DNA of 29,888 bases, taken from Deltaproteobacteria bacterium (GTDB lineage: Bacteria > Desulfobacterota > Binatia > UBA12015). The notes below the pieces were generated by a model. It did no database searches, had not been told where the DNA came from, and saw only the letters and a program-made list of their open reading frames with translations. The DNA lies in the NCBI GenBank assembly GCA_046583355.1, contig JAYGCM010000015.1, positions 1 to 29,888 of the forward strand, read 5' to 3'. A program made the translations under genes and the position numbers. How positions within the stretch are numbered: the stretch's first letter is position 1; each line of letters starts with the position of its first letter. This document shows, one piece after another, positions 17,130 to 26,655 of this stretch.

Positions 17130-19397
17130 GTGCGCAAATTGTTCCGCTACCTCATCGTACCCGTTCTCCTTTTGCTGGCCGTCGCGACAGGACTCGTGCT
17201 TTTCCTCTCCGAGGGCGTCCTCGGAGAGCGCCACGGCCGCGGCCAGGTGAGCGGGCCGCAGCTGCCCGCCGGCCATATCGCCGAACGAGCCCGGACGCGC
17301 GCCGATGCCAGCCAAGCACTCGGCACCAGCCAAAGCGACTCGCAGATCCTCTTCGGCGACCTCCATGTCCATACGACCTACTCAGTGGACGCCTTTTTCT
17401 TTGCCCTACCGCTGATTCAGGGCGAAGGCGTGCACCCACCCGCCGATGCCTGTGATTTCGCGCGCTTCTGTGCCGAACTCGACTTCTGGAGCATCAACGA
17501 TCACGCCGAGGCATTGACGCCTTGGCAATGGGCGGAGACGCGCGACTCGATCCGCGAATGCAACGCTGTCGCCGGCGACCCGGACAATGCCGATACCGTC
17601 GCCTTTCTCGGTTGGGAGTGGACCCAAAGCAGTTCCGCGGGCGCCTCCCAGCCGCATTGGGGCCACAAGAATGTGCTCTTGCGCGACACCGCGAACGACA
17701 AGACCCCGGCCCGGCCGATCGGCGCCGGTCCCAATGAGATTCTGGCGCAGATCCCGGTCTCCTCGGCCGGCTGGGCCCTGATCCGGGCCGGCCTGACGAT
17801 TGGCGATTTCCCCGGTAATCTCGGCCCCTACCTCGACTTCAATCGCTGGACCCGCGACGTCCGAAACACCGCCGAGTGCGCCAAGGGTGTCGCCGTGCGC
17901 GACCTCCCCGACGATTGCTTCGAAGGGGCCGCCACGCCGGCCGACCTCTTCGCCAAGCTTGACGAATGGGACTACCCCGCCCTCGTGATCCCGCACGGCA
18001 CAACCTGGGGCATCCATGCGCCGCCATCGGCCGACCTCGGTCTCCAGCTCAAGGACGGCCAGCACGACCCGGCTCGCCAACGCCTCTTCGAGGTCTATTC
18101 CGGGCACGGCAACAGCGAACTCTGGCGCGACCTTCGCGATACCGAGATTGACGAGAAGGGCGAGCTGCATTGTGCCGCCCCCAAAGACGATTACGAGCCC
18201 TGCTGCTGGCGGGCCGGCGAGATCATCCGCTCCCGCTGCATCGAAACCAGCGACGCAATCTGCGCCGAACGCGTCGCTCGCACCCGCGCCTGGTACCTGG
18301 AACTACCGGCCGGACTCGCCAAGGGCGTCGTTGCCGGCACCACCCCGGACGATTGGCGCGAATGCGGCCAACTGGCCGGCACCTTCTTGCCGGCCCTGGA
18401 ATACCGTCCGAAAATGAGCGCCCAATACGGGCTTGCCGTACGCCCCGAGGGTACCAAGGCAGGCGACGCCGGCGCCTTCCGCTACGGCTTCATCGCATCG
18501 AGCGACAACCACAAAGCGCGTGCCGGCGCCGGCTATAAAGAGATCGGGCGCAAGGCCTTCGCCGACGCCTACGGCCTGCGCGACGATTGGCATAAGCGCC
18601 TGAGCCCGGCCCCCCAGGCCGCCGCCGCCGAGCCGATCCCGCCAGCCCTGCTGCGCGACGGCATCCCCTTTGGCGACCCCGGCAGCGAGCGTAACGCATC
18701 GTATTATTATACCGCCGGCCTTGTCGCCGTTCACGCAAACGGCCGGGACCGCGATTCCATCTTCGCCGCGCTGGAAGACCGCCGTACCTACGGCACCAGC
18801 GGCCCACGGATTCTGCTGCATTTCGATATCGAGAATTCAGTCGAAGGGCGCCGCGGCATGGGTAGCGTGGTGGAGATGGACGGCACGCCGCACTTTAAGG
18901 TTCGCGCGGTCGGCGATTTTACACAACTCCCCGGCTGCTCGGAGGCTACCCGCGAGCGGCTCACACCCGAGCGCTTACAACGCCTCTGCCTGGGGGAATG
19001 TTACCACCCCAGCGACCGGCGCCACATCATCGACCGCATCGAGGTGGTCCGCATCCGCCCGCAAACACATCCCGAAGAAGACCTCGGCGAGCTCATCGAC
19101 GACCCTTGGCGGGTATTCCCCTGCGCCCCCGATGAGGCCGGCTGCGTGGTCTCGTTTGAAGATCCGGAGTTCGCCGCCAGCGACCGCGAGGCAATCTATT
19201 ATGTGCGCGCCTTGCAGGAACCCACCGAGGCGATCAACGGCGACCCGATGCGCTGCGAGCGCGACGAGGCCGGCCATTGCCTGCGCGCGCATTTCTGCCC
19301 CGCCAGCGGCCCCGGCTTCGACCCCGATGACGCCTGCCTCGCGATGGTTCGCGAACGCGCCTGGTCCTCGCCGATCTTCGTTCTGCCCGCCTCCTGA
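17130..19397 (+). CDS. DUF3604-family membrane-anchored, Cys-rich PHP-like metallohydrolase
   Basis: Likely GTG start at 17130 (MRKLFRYLIVPVLLLLAV, TM/signal). Motifs ILFGDLHVHT..S.DA, LDFWSINDHAE, GWEWT, VIPHG, EVYSGHG.SE, SSDNH, YGTSGPRI, YYVRA.QEP and ERAWSSPIF. Confidence 0.85.
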   Translation: MRKLFRYLIVPVLLLLAVATGLVLFLSEGVLGERHGRGQVSGPQLPAGHIAERARTRADASQALGTSQSDSQILFGDLHVHTTYSVDAFFFALPLIQGEGVHPPADACDFARFCAELDFWSINDHAEALTPWQWAETRDSIRECNAVAGDPDNADTVAFLGWEWTQSSSAGASQPHWGHKNVLLRDTANDKTPARPIGAGPNEILAQIPVSSAGWALIRAGLTIGDFPGNLGPYLDFNRWTRDVRNTAECAKGVAVRDLPDDCFEGAATPADLFAKLDEWDYPALVIPHGTTWGIHAPPSADLGLQLKDGQHDPARQRLFEVYSGHGNSELWRDLRDTEIDEKGELHCAAPKDDYEPCCWRAGEIIRSRCIETSDAICAERVARTRAWYLELPAGLAKGVVAGTTPDDWRECGQLAGTFLPALEYRPKMSAQYGLAVRPEGTKAGDAGAFRYGFIASSDNHKARAGAGYKEIGRKAFADAYGLRDDWHKRLSPAPQAAAAEPIPPALLRDGIPFGDPGSERNASYYYTAGLVAVHANGRDRDSIFAALEDRRTYGTSGPRILLHFDIENSVEGRRGMGSVVEMDGTPHFKVRAVGDFTQLPGCSEATRERLTPERLQRLCLGECYHPSDRRHIIDRIEVVRIRPQTHPEEDLGELIDDPWRVFPCAPDEAGCVVSFEDPEFAASDREAIYYVRALQEPTEAINGDPMRCERDEAGHCLRAHFCPASGPGFDPDDACLAMVRERAWSSPIFVLPAS

Positions 19398-19598
19398 AAA
19401 TTTTGCGCAGCAGAGCTGACGCCCGCTACTCGAAGGTCGTGCCCAATGTGGCCTCGATGGTCGCGTCGGTGCAATCCGCAAGCGCGACACTGGTTCGTGC
19501 CATGAGATTTCACTCATGCTGCCCGTCTGGTGCGCCGTCGGGAAGAGAGAAATCCTTCTGGAAATCCGGCTCAAGAGCAGGCCTGCATCCGGCCGAGG

Positions 19599-20342
19599 TC
19601 AATCCGTCTGTTCCAGCAGCGCAACATAGGCGCGCACGACCGAGTCCAGACCATCGAAGACGGATTGGCTGATCAGGGCATGGCCAATCGAAACCTCGTC
19701 GAGATGGGGCAGCGTGGCGAAGAGGACCAGGTTCTCGAGGTCAAGATCATGACCCGCGTTCACGCCCAAGCCGAGCGAATGGGCCAGGCGAGCGGCCCGG
19801 ACACAGGCAGCGAAGCTCTTCTCGGCCGCAGCATCGCTGCGCGCAGCCGCGCGGGCAAAGGGCTCCGTGAAGAGCTCCACGCGATCGGCGCCCATCTCGG
19901 CCGCCCAGCGAACGGATGCCTCATCCGGGTCGACAAAAAGCCCCACCCGGATGCCCGCCGCGCGCAGCCCGGAGATCGTCTCGGGCAAGGCCGCGGTCGA
20001 CGCCGATGCGGGCCACCCCCCCTGGCTGGTGATCTCATCAGGCAAAACCGGCACGAAGGTCGCCTGATGCGGGCGGACCTCATGGATCAGAGCAACCAGA
20101 TCTTCGCGCGGGTCACCCTCAATATTGAACTCGACGCGGTCGCGCAGCGGCGCGAGGAAAGCCGCCAGGTCCAGAACATCCTGGCGGGTGATATGCCGCT
20201 GGTCCGCGCGCGGGTGAATGGTGATGCCCGGCGCCCCCGCCTCAACGCAAACACGCGCTGCCGCAACCACGCTCGGAACCGCGCCGCCGCGGGAGTTCCG
20301 CAGAGTCGCTATTTTATTGATATTGACACTGAGCCGGACCAT
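19599..20342 (-). CDS. pdxJ: Pyridoxine 5'-phosphate synthase
   Basis: Motifs MVRLSVNINKIATLRN, GITIHPR.DQRHI, NIEG, VEL.T, NAGHDL and EVSIGHALI. Confidence 0.95.
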   Translation of the reverse strand: MVRLSVNINKIATLRNSRGGAVPSVVAAARVCVEAGAPGITIHPRADQRHITRQDVLDLAAFLAPLRDRVEFNIEGDPREDLVALIHEVRPHQATFVPVLPDEITSQGGWPASASTAALPETISGLRAAGIRVGLFVDPDEASVRWAAEMGADRVELFTEPFARAAARSDAAAEKSFAACVRAARLAHSLGLGVNAGHDLDLENLVLFATLPHLDEVSIGHALISQSVFDGLDSVVRAYVALLEQTD

Positions 20343-20462
20343 GCCACGCAGATTAGCCCGCCGAGGGCATGCAGTCACGCGGCATCGATTCCACGACCGA
20401 AGCGGCGCACGGAATCCGACCGCCTTTCCGGTCGGGCCGCCAAAGAGTAGAACAAGCCCCGC

Positions 20463-22958
20463 ATGGTCGCGGAACAGAAAGTAGTGGTGGCGCTGGCCGC
20501 CGGTGGCCGCGCGCCCGACACATTGACCTATACGGTCCCGGCCGAACTCGCCCAGGCGGGCCTACGGGGCACCATCGTCTCCGTACCCCTGGGGTCGCGA
20601 CGGGTCGCCGGCATCGTCCTGGGCCCGAGCGAAGAGCCGACGCCGCGCACGCTCAAGCCGATCGCCGCACAACTTGGCGAGGCAAGGATTCCGCCCGAGG
20701 TCCTCGATCTGGCCGCCTGGGCCTCCTCCTATTACCGTGCCCCCGAAGCCCTCCTGCGCCGCGCCCTGATGCCGCCCGATACCAAGGGCCATACGCGCAA
20801 ACAGATCATCCCCTCGGAGCCACGTAGCACCGACAAGACAGGAAAAACCACGCTCTTCGCCGAGACCGAGCCGATGGGGACGCTGGAGGAGCGCATTCTC
20901 GCGCGGCTGCCCGATGAGGGCCTCGCGCAGGAAAGCCTGCGCGCGGACTTCGGCAAGGAAGTCGATGCCGCCGTGCGCCGCCTGGTGCGCAAGGGCCGGC
21001 TACGCATCGAGGAAGTCGAGGTCGAGCGCCGTCCGCCCGCGCGCCCGCTGCGTGCCACCGCCGGGTTCATGGGCGAAATGCGTCGAGCGCGGCGCCAGGC
21101 CGACCTCCTGACACTGCTGCAAGAGCGCGCCCCACATGCCGTCACGCGCGACGAGATCGCCGTGCGTTTCCCCGGTGCGAGCCGCCTCATCAAAGCGCTG
21201 CTCGAGCGTGGCGCGATCGAAGAAGCCAGCGAAGACGCCTTGCCGCGCGAGAGCGAGCCAGGCCCGACGCTGCGCGCCGAACAAGCCCTCGCCTTGGCCG
21301 AGGTCGAGAGCACGCTCGGTACATTCTCTCCTTTCCTTCTTTTCGGCATCACCGGCAGCGGCAAGACCGAGGTGCATCTCCGCGCCGCACAGGCGGCGCG
21401 CCAGCGTGGCCTGGGAGCGTTACTTCTGGTGCCCGAGATCGGCCTCACTCCGCAATTGGTATCGCAGGCCACCGCGCGCTTTCCCGGCGATGTCGCCGTC
21501 CTGCATAGCGGCCTCAGCGACGCCGAGCGGACCCGTACATGGCATGATGTCGCCAGCGGCCGGCTCAATATCGTCATCGGGCCGCGCTCGGCGATCTTCG
21601 CACCCATCCACAACCTCGGCCTGATCGTCGTCGACGAGGAACACGATGGTGCCTATAAACAAGGCGAACTGCCCCGCTATCATGGCCGCGACGTCGCCGT
21701 GATGCGCGCCAAGCTGGCGTCCTGCCCAATCATTCTAGCCTCCGCCACACCCTCGCTGGAGAGCTGGCAGAACGCGAAATCCGGACGCTACCAGCTACTG
21801 CGCCTGACCACGCGCGCCAACGACGGCCCCCTGCCCACCGTCCGCCTGGTTGATATGCGTGAGATCGGCCGCGGCCACTCAGAGATCCGACGCGCGGGTC
21901 TCGGCGCCACGGACCTGCCCGGCCCCGCAAAGGAGGGCGCGAAACGACGTGGCATCCCCCTTTTTGCCTCCGAATTGGAAGACGCCCTGCGCACGACCTT
22001 TGCCGCCGGCGAACAATCCCTTCTCTTCCTGAACCGCCGCGGCTGGTCGCGCTTTCTGCAATGCGACGCCTGCGGCCATGTCGATACCTGCCCGGATTGC
22101 AGCGTCAGCCTGACCATTCACCGTAAGCGCAACGCCGCGATCTGCCACCATTGTGGGTTTGCCCGCCCGCCGGTCACGCATTGCCCCGATTGCGAGTCGC
22201 CGCTGGAATCGCGCAGCTTCGGTACCGAGCAAGTCGAGGCGAACGTGCGTGACCTCCTGCCCGAGGCCCGCATCGCTCGGCTGGACGGCGACACCGGCTC
22301 GCGCCCCGGTCACCTGCACGCCACCGTGGATGCGTGGCGGGCCGGCGAGCTCGATGTCCTGGTCGGCACCCAGATGGTCGCCAAAGGACACGACGCCCCC
22401 GGCGTGACGCTGATCGGTGTCGTGCTGGCCGACTCGTCGCTGCATTTTCCCGATTTCCGTGCGGCCGAACGGACCTTCCAATTGCTCGCGCAGGTGGCCG
22501 GGCGCGCCGGGCGCGGCGACAAGCCCGGCCGCGTGCTGGTGCAAACCCGCCAGCCCGAGCATCCCTCGCTGCTATTTGCGCGCAACCACGATTTCGAAGG
22601 CTTCGCCGCCGCCGAGATGATCTCACGCGAGGCGCTCAGCTACCCTCCCTTTGGCCGGCTCGCGCGGATCGTCATCGAGGGGCCACCGGCTAGCGCCGCT
22701 GCCTATGCCGAGCGCGTTGCCACCCACCTGCGCCGCGCCGCCGGCGCGCTTGTGGGCATCGCGCCCGGCGACGTGCTGGTCCTCGGACCCGCGCCCGCCC
22801 CATTGGAGCGCCTGCGCGGCCGCGAACGCCATCAGATTCTCGTCAAAGCGCGTAGTGCCAGCGAACTCTCGCGCACATTGGCGCATGCCGCGCTCGAATC
22901 CCGGACCGCCCGCGACATCCGCACCATCATCGACGTGGACCCCACTGGCATGCTCTGA
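20463..22958 (+). CDS. priA: Primosomal protein N' (replication restart helicase)
   Basis: Motifs GITGSGKTE, LVPEIGLT, DEEHD..YKQ, SATPS.ES, LNRRG, four CxxC, GTQMVAKG.D and DFRAAERTFQ. Confidence 0.97.
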   Translation: MVAEQKVVVALAAGGRAPDTLTYTVPAELAQAGLRGTIVSVPLGSRRVAGIVLGPSEEPTPRTLKPIAAQLGEARIPPEVLDLAAWASSYYRAPEALLRRALMPPDTKGHTRKQIIPSEPRSTDKTGKTTLFAETEPMGTLEERILARLPDEGLAQESLRADFGKEVDAAVRRLVRKGRLRIEEVEVERRPPARPLRATAGFMGEMRRARRQADLLTLLQERAPHAVTRDEIAVRFPGASRLIKALLERGAIEEASEDALPRESEPGPTLRAEQALALAEVESTLGTFSPFLLFGITGSGKTEVHLRAAQAARQRGLGALLLVPEIGLTPQLVSQATARFPGDVAVLHSGLSDAERTRTWHDVASGRLNIVIGPRSAIFAPIHNLGLIVVDEEHDGAYKQGELPRYHGRDVAVMRAKLASCPIILASATPSLESWQNAKSGRYQLLRLTTRANDGPLPTVRLVDMREIGRGHSEIRRAGLGATDLPGPAKEGAKRRGIPLFASELEDALRTTFAAGEQSLLFLNRRGWSRFLQCDACGHVDTCPDCSVSLTIHRKRNAAICHHCGFARPPVTHCPDCESPLESRSFGTEQVEANVRDLLPEARIARLDGDTGSRPGHLHATVDAWRAGELDVLVGTQMVAKGHDAPGVTLIGVVLADSSLHFPDFRAAERTFQLLAQVAGRAGRGDKPGRVLVQTRQPEHPSLLFARNHDFEGFAAAEMISREALSYPPFGRLARIVIEGPPASAAAYAERVATHLRRAAGALVGIAPGDVLVLGPAPAPLERLRGRERHQILVKARSASELSRTLAHAALESRTARDIRTIIDVDPTGML

Positions 22959-22985
22959 CTGCTCCCGCATGGTAATCAAGAAACG

Positions 22986-23534
22986 ATGGGTACGCGCCGC
23001 ATCTTCACCTTCCCCGAGCCTTCGCTGACCGAAGTCGCGGGCGATGTCGCCAATATTTCAGGCGATACGGTCCAGGCGCTCGACGATATGGCCCAGACGA
23101 TGTACGCCGCGCCGGGCATCGGCCTGGCGGCGCCGCAGATCGGCCTTCCCGAACGCATCATCGTCGTAGATATCGGCGACGATTCCGAAGGCGGGGGCGA
23201 GCAGGGCAAAAACCTCGTCGAGTTGATCAACCCGATCGTCACCGATGAGAGCGACGAGCTCATCACCTTCGAGGAAGGCTGCCTCTCGGTGATCGATTTC
23301 CGCGCCGACGTGACGCGGCCCGCGCAGATCGTCGTCTCGGGTTGGACGCGCGACCAGAAAGAAGTCTCGATCGAGGCCGAGGGGCTCCTCGCCGTCTGCC
23401 TGCAACATGAAATCGACCACCTCGACGGCACGCTCTTCCTCGACCGCCTCAGCCGTCTCAAGAGAAATATGTACGCCAAGCGCGTCAAAAAGGCTCTGCG
23501 CGAAGGGCGACCCATCGCGCGCGATTCCGATTGA
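22986..23534 (+). CDS. def: Peptide deformylase
   Basis: Motifs GIGLAAPQIG, EGCLS and QHEIDHL.G. Confidence 0.97.
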   Translation: MGTRRIFTFPEPSLTEVAGDVANISGDTVQALDDMAQTMYAAPGIGLAAPQIGLPERIIVVDIGDDSEGGGEQGKNLVELINPIVTDESDELITFEEGCLSVIDFRADVTRPAQIVVSGWTRDQKEVSIEAEGLLAVCLQHEIDHLDGTLFLDRLSRLKRNMYAKRVKKALREGRPIARDSD

Positions 23535-24505
23535 AACTCGCTACGCTCGCAGCAGCCCCACAACGCCTGGTCTTCTTCGGCACACCCGCCTTGGCCGCCT
23601 CCGTCTTGGGCCAACTCCTGCGTGGCCCCGATACCATCGTCGGCGTCTTTACCCGCCCGGATGCGCGCCGTGGCCGCGGCATGGAATTGCTGCCACCGCC
23701 GGTCAAGCAACTCGCCACCGAACACGGCATCCCGGTCTTCCAACCAACCCAATGGCGCGACGGCGAGGCGGTCGCCGCACTCCTCTCGCTTGACGCCGAC
23801 CTCGGCATCACCGCAGCCTACGGCCGCATCCTGCCGCAGGAGGCACTCGATGCCCCCCGCATGGGCTGCATCAATGTGCATGCCTCTTTGCTGCCCCGCT
23901 GGCGCGGCGCCGACCCGATCCGCCGTGCCATCCTCACCGGCGATCCCGAAACTGGCGTGACCATCATGCAGATGGTGTTGCAGATGGATGCCGGCGCCAG
24001 CCTCTGGCAACGCCGTCTGAAGATAGCCGATGACGAGACCCTCGATTCGCTCGAAGCGAAACTCGCCCAACTCGGAGGCCAAGCGTTATGCGAAGCCTTG
24101 CAGCATTGGCGCGAAGAAGGACTCGAAGCCACACCGCAGGACGAGGCCCTCATCACCATGGCGCCGCTCGCGCAAAAGGCCGATGGCCGGATTGATTGGC
24201 ACGAGGCAGCCACGGCGATCGAGCGCCGCGTGCGCGCGTTCTCGCCCTGGCCGGGTGCCACTACCCTGCACGCCGGCCACCCCCTTCGGCTTTGGCGCAC
24301 GGCGGTGGTCATAGAGCCGGATACCGAGACATCCGCGACGGCTCCGGGCACCATCCTCAAACTAGACAAGCATGGAATACTAATCGCCACCGGCGAGGCC
24401 ACGCTGCGCCTCATTGAAATTCAGCCGGCGGGCAAGAAGCGCATGGCAGCAGCAGATTGGGCGCGCGGCGCGCGCCTCTGCACGGGCGGAAAACTGGGCA
24501 TATGA
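23531..24505 (+). CDS. fmt: Methionyl-tRNA formyltransferase
   Basis: Motifs FFGTP, T.PD...GRG, AYGRIL, NVHASLLPRWRGA.PI and MDAG. TTG start overlaps the def stop. Confidence 0.96.
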   Translation: MKLATLAAAPQRLVFFGTPALAASVLGQLLRGPDTIVGVFTRPDARRGRGMELLPPPVKQLATEHGIPVFQPTQWRDGEAVAALLSLDADLGITAAYGRILPQEALDAPRMGCINVHASLLPRWRGADPIRRAILTGDPETGVTIMQMVLQMDAGASLWQRRLKIADDETLDSLEAKLAQLGGQALCEALQHWREEGLEATPQDEALITMAPLAQKADGRIDWHEAATAIERRVRAFSPWPGATTLHAGHPLRLWRTAVVIEPDTETSATAPGTILKLDKHGILIATGEATLRLIEIQPAGKKRMAAADWARGARLCTGGKLGI

Positions 24506-25908
24506 GCAAGCGATACGAGAGAGAAGACACACGCCCGGCGACCCGACTTGCGCCACGCGCAGCACCGCGGCAGCGCCCGGCCACCGCCGAGCCGCCCAAC
24601 CTCCGCGAGCTCGCCCTCGAGATCACTGAGAGGGTTTCCGACGGTGCATTTTGTGATGCATTGGTTGGCGATACCCTCGACCGCCACTCGCTCGAGCCGC
24701 GTGACGCCGCGCTGCTGACACGCTTGGCCTATGGCGTACAAGCCTGGCGGGGGCGCCTCGATTGGACACTCGCGCCACTCTGCAAACGTCCGCTCGAAGA
24801 GCTCGACTCCGCCTTGCGCGAAGCATTGCGCCTCGGACTTCTACAGCTCCTCTTCCTCGACCGGGTACCCGCGCATGCCGCCGTCTCCACCACCGTCGAG
24901 GTCATCAAGCGACGTTGTGGGCGCGGCGCCGGTGGCCTGATCAACGCCATCCTGCGGCGCATTCTACGCGAGGGCGAGCGCGCCCTGCCCGATGCGGAAA
25001 AAGACCCCATCGCGCATCTCGCCATCCGCTTCTCCCACCCGGAATGGATTGTCCGGCGGTGGCGCGACGAGCTCGGCGAGGAAGCCACCCTCGCCCTCTT
25101 GGCGGCCAACCAGGAAGCCGCCGCCACGACCCTGCGCATCGGCGGCGACACGCCACGCGAAGCCGTGCTGGAACAGCTTGCCAGCGAAGGAATCGCCGCA
25201 CGTGCGGGCCGTTTTGCGCCGCGCGCCCTGATCCTCGAAGGCCCCCTGGCCGCCCTCAAGGGCCGCGCTCATTCGCTGGACCTGGTAGCCCAGGGCGAAG
25301 CCTCGCAGCTGGTCGCCAGCCTCGTCGCAGCAAAGCCGGGCGAGCGCATTGCCGACCTCTGCGCCGCACCGGGCGGCAAAACTCTGATTCTCGCCGAAGC
25401 GGTCGGCGATAGCGGCGTGATTTTCGCAACCGACCGCGTGCGCGGCGGCATCCGCCGGGTTTCCAACCGCGGAATCCGCTGCACCGCGCGGGCCGATGCC
25501 GCCTACCCGCCGCTACGCGACGCCGACTTCGATGCAGTTCTGGTCGATGCGCCCTGCTCGGGACTCGGCACATTGCGCGGTCATCCGGAGATCCGCTGGC
25601 GCCGTACACCCGAGGATGTGGCCGCTCTGGCCGCCACCCAGGCGCGGATTCTCGAAGGCTCCGCGCCCCTGGTCAAGCCCGGCGGCCGCCTCATCTACGC
25701 CACCTGCACCCTGCTGGCCGAAGAAAACGAGGCTGTCATTCGCGCCTTTCGCGACCGGCATCCAGAATTTGCACCGCTGGATGCCGCCAAGCTACTGCCG
25801 CCGGAGGCTGCGCCCTTGGCCGATGAGCAAGGCTGCCTACGCACCTCGCCTGGCCGCGATCAGCTCGACGGCTTTTTTGCCACCGCTCTGATCCGCCGCC
25901 TGCATTGA
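24502..25908 (+). CDS. rsmB: 16S rRNA m5C967 methyltransferase (NusB-like N-terminal domain)
   Basis: ATG at 24502 overlaps the fmt stop (ATGA). Motifs PAHAAV, SHPEW, DLCAAPGGKT, DAPCSGLG and YATCT...EEN. Confidence 0.94.
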   Translation: MSKRYEREDTRPATRLAPRAAPRQRPATAEPPNLRELALEITERVSDGAFCDALVGDTLDRHSLEPRDAALLTRLAYGVQAWRGRLDWTLAPLCKRPLEELDSALREALRLGLLQLLFLDRVPAHAAVSTTVEVIKRRCGRGAGGLINAILRRILREGERALPDAEKDPIAHLAIRFSHPEWIVRRWRDELGEEATLALLAANQEAAATTLRIGGDTPREAVLEQLASEGIAARAGRFAPRALILEGPLAALKGRAHSLDLVAQGEASQLVASLVAAKPGERIADLCAAPGGKTLILAEAVGDSGVIFATDRVRGGIRRVSNRGIRCTARADAAYPPLRDADFDAVLVDAPCSGLGTLRGHPEIRWRRTPEDVAALAATQARILEGSAPLVKPGGRLIYATCTLLAEENEAVIRAFRDRHPEFAPLDAAKLLPPEAAPLADEQGCLRTSPGRDQLDGFFATALIRRLH

Positions 25909-26073
25909 TCCGCACTTCCTCGGGCACCTCGGGCGGTACTCGCCCGCACCACAAGAAAAAGCCCATTGCCCAGGCCCAGCTTTTCGCCCAAGACTCCGCC
26001 ATCCACTCGACGACCGGGAAATGCTCTGTTACCTGAGCACTCTTCTGGATGGGTGGCGCCCCCCGCGCATTTT

Positions 26074-26147
26074 CGGGGTGTAGCTCAGCCTGGTAGAGCA
26101 CTGCGTTCGGGACGCAGGGGTCGTAGGTTCAAATCCTGTCACCCCGA
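26074..26147 (+). tRNA. tRNA-Pro (anticodon CGG); CCA not encoded
   Basis: Acceptor stem CGGGGTG/CACCCCG plus discriminator A. D-arm GCTC..GAGC, anticodon arm CTGCG-TT CGG GA-CGCAG, T-arm GGTTCAAATCC. Followed by CTC. Confidence 0.97.
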
Positions 26148-26226
26148 CTCGAGCGCGTTGGGCGCCACCCTTTCCGGAAACCCGTGGCTTTGCGGTGGAC
26201 ACCAGCAGTGGTAAAAGCCCGCCTCG

Positions 26227-26643
26227 GTGCGCAGGCTAACCCTCATTGCGATGCTCCTCTTGAGCATGATGATCGTCCGACCCGTGTTCGCTGCCGAACC
26301 GGTCGCCGAGGCCGAAGGCTTCGGCACCAATATGGCGGCATTGCAGGTCGAACTCGCGAGTCTCGGCGAAGAAGTCGGTAGGCTGCAAGTAGCGCTGGCC
26401 GCACGGGCGCAAAGCGAGGTAGCGCCGCCCTGGGGGGCCGCCGGCTTTGCCGAGATCGACCGCCGCATCGAGCGTCTTGCAGAATACCAGGAGCGTATCG
26501 CGGCTGGAATTGAGACTCCGGCACCCAGCCTCGACGAGCCCTTGGTGCTCTTCACGGTCGCATTATGCACCGGAATCCTCGGTTTTCTTGGCGGCCGCAT
26601 CGTCGGCCGGCGCAGCCGCCGCGACTTGAGGATGCGCCTCTAG
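26227..26643 (+). CDS. Hypothetical exported protein: signal peptide, coiled coil, C-terminal TM helix and Arg-rich tail
   Basis: Signal MRRLTLIAMLLLSMMIVRPVFA/AE, heptad-like LQVELASLGEEVGRLQVAL, TM LVLFTVALCTGILGFLGG, tail RRSRRDLRMRL. Ends 12 nt before plsY. Confidence 0.65.
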   Translation: MRRLTLIAMLLLSMMIVRPVFAAEPVAEAEGFGTNMAALQVELASLGEEVGRLQVALAARAQSEVAPPWGAAGFAEIDRRIERLAEYQERIAAGIETPAPSLDEPLVLFTVALCTGILGFLGGRIVGRRSRRDLRMRL

Positions 26644-26655
26644 CGCCGCCGGCCG

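Noticed and set aside
21865..21960. Insertion of about 25 aa in PriA after VRLVDMR
   Set aside because: It lies in a normally variable loop; all helicase and zinc-binding motifs are intact.
25930..25946. Hairpin cgggcg-gtact-cgcccg after rsmB as an intrinsic terminator
   Set aside because: No U-tract follows on the coding strand, and the stem is short for this GC content.
26074..26230. tRNA-Pro as an integration site for a genomic island
   Set aside because: No integrase, no duplicated tRNA 3' end seen in the window, and the flanking genes are housekeeping.
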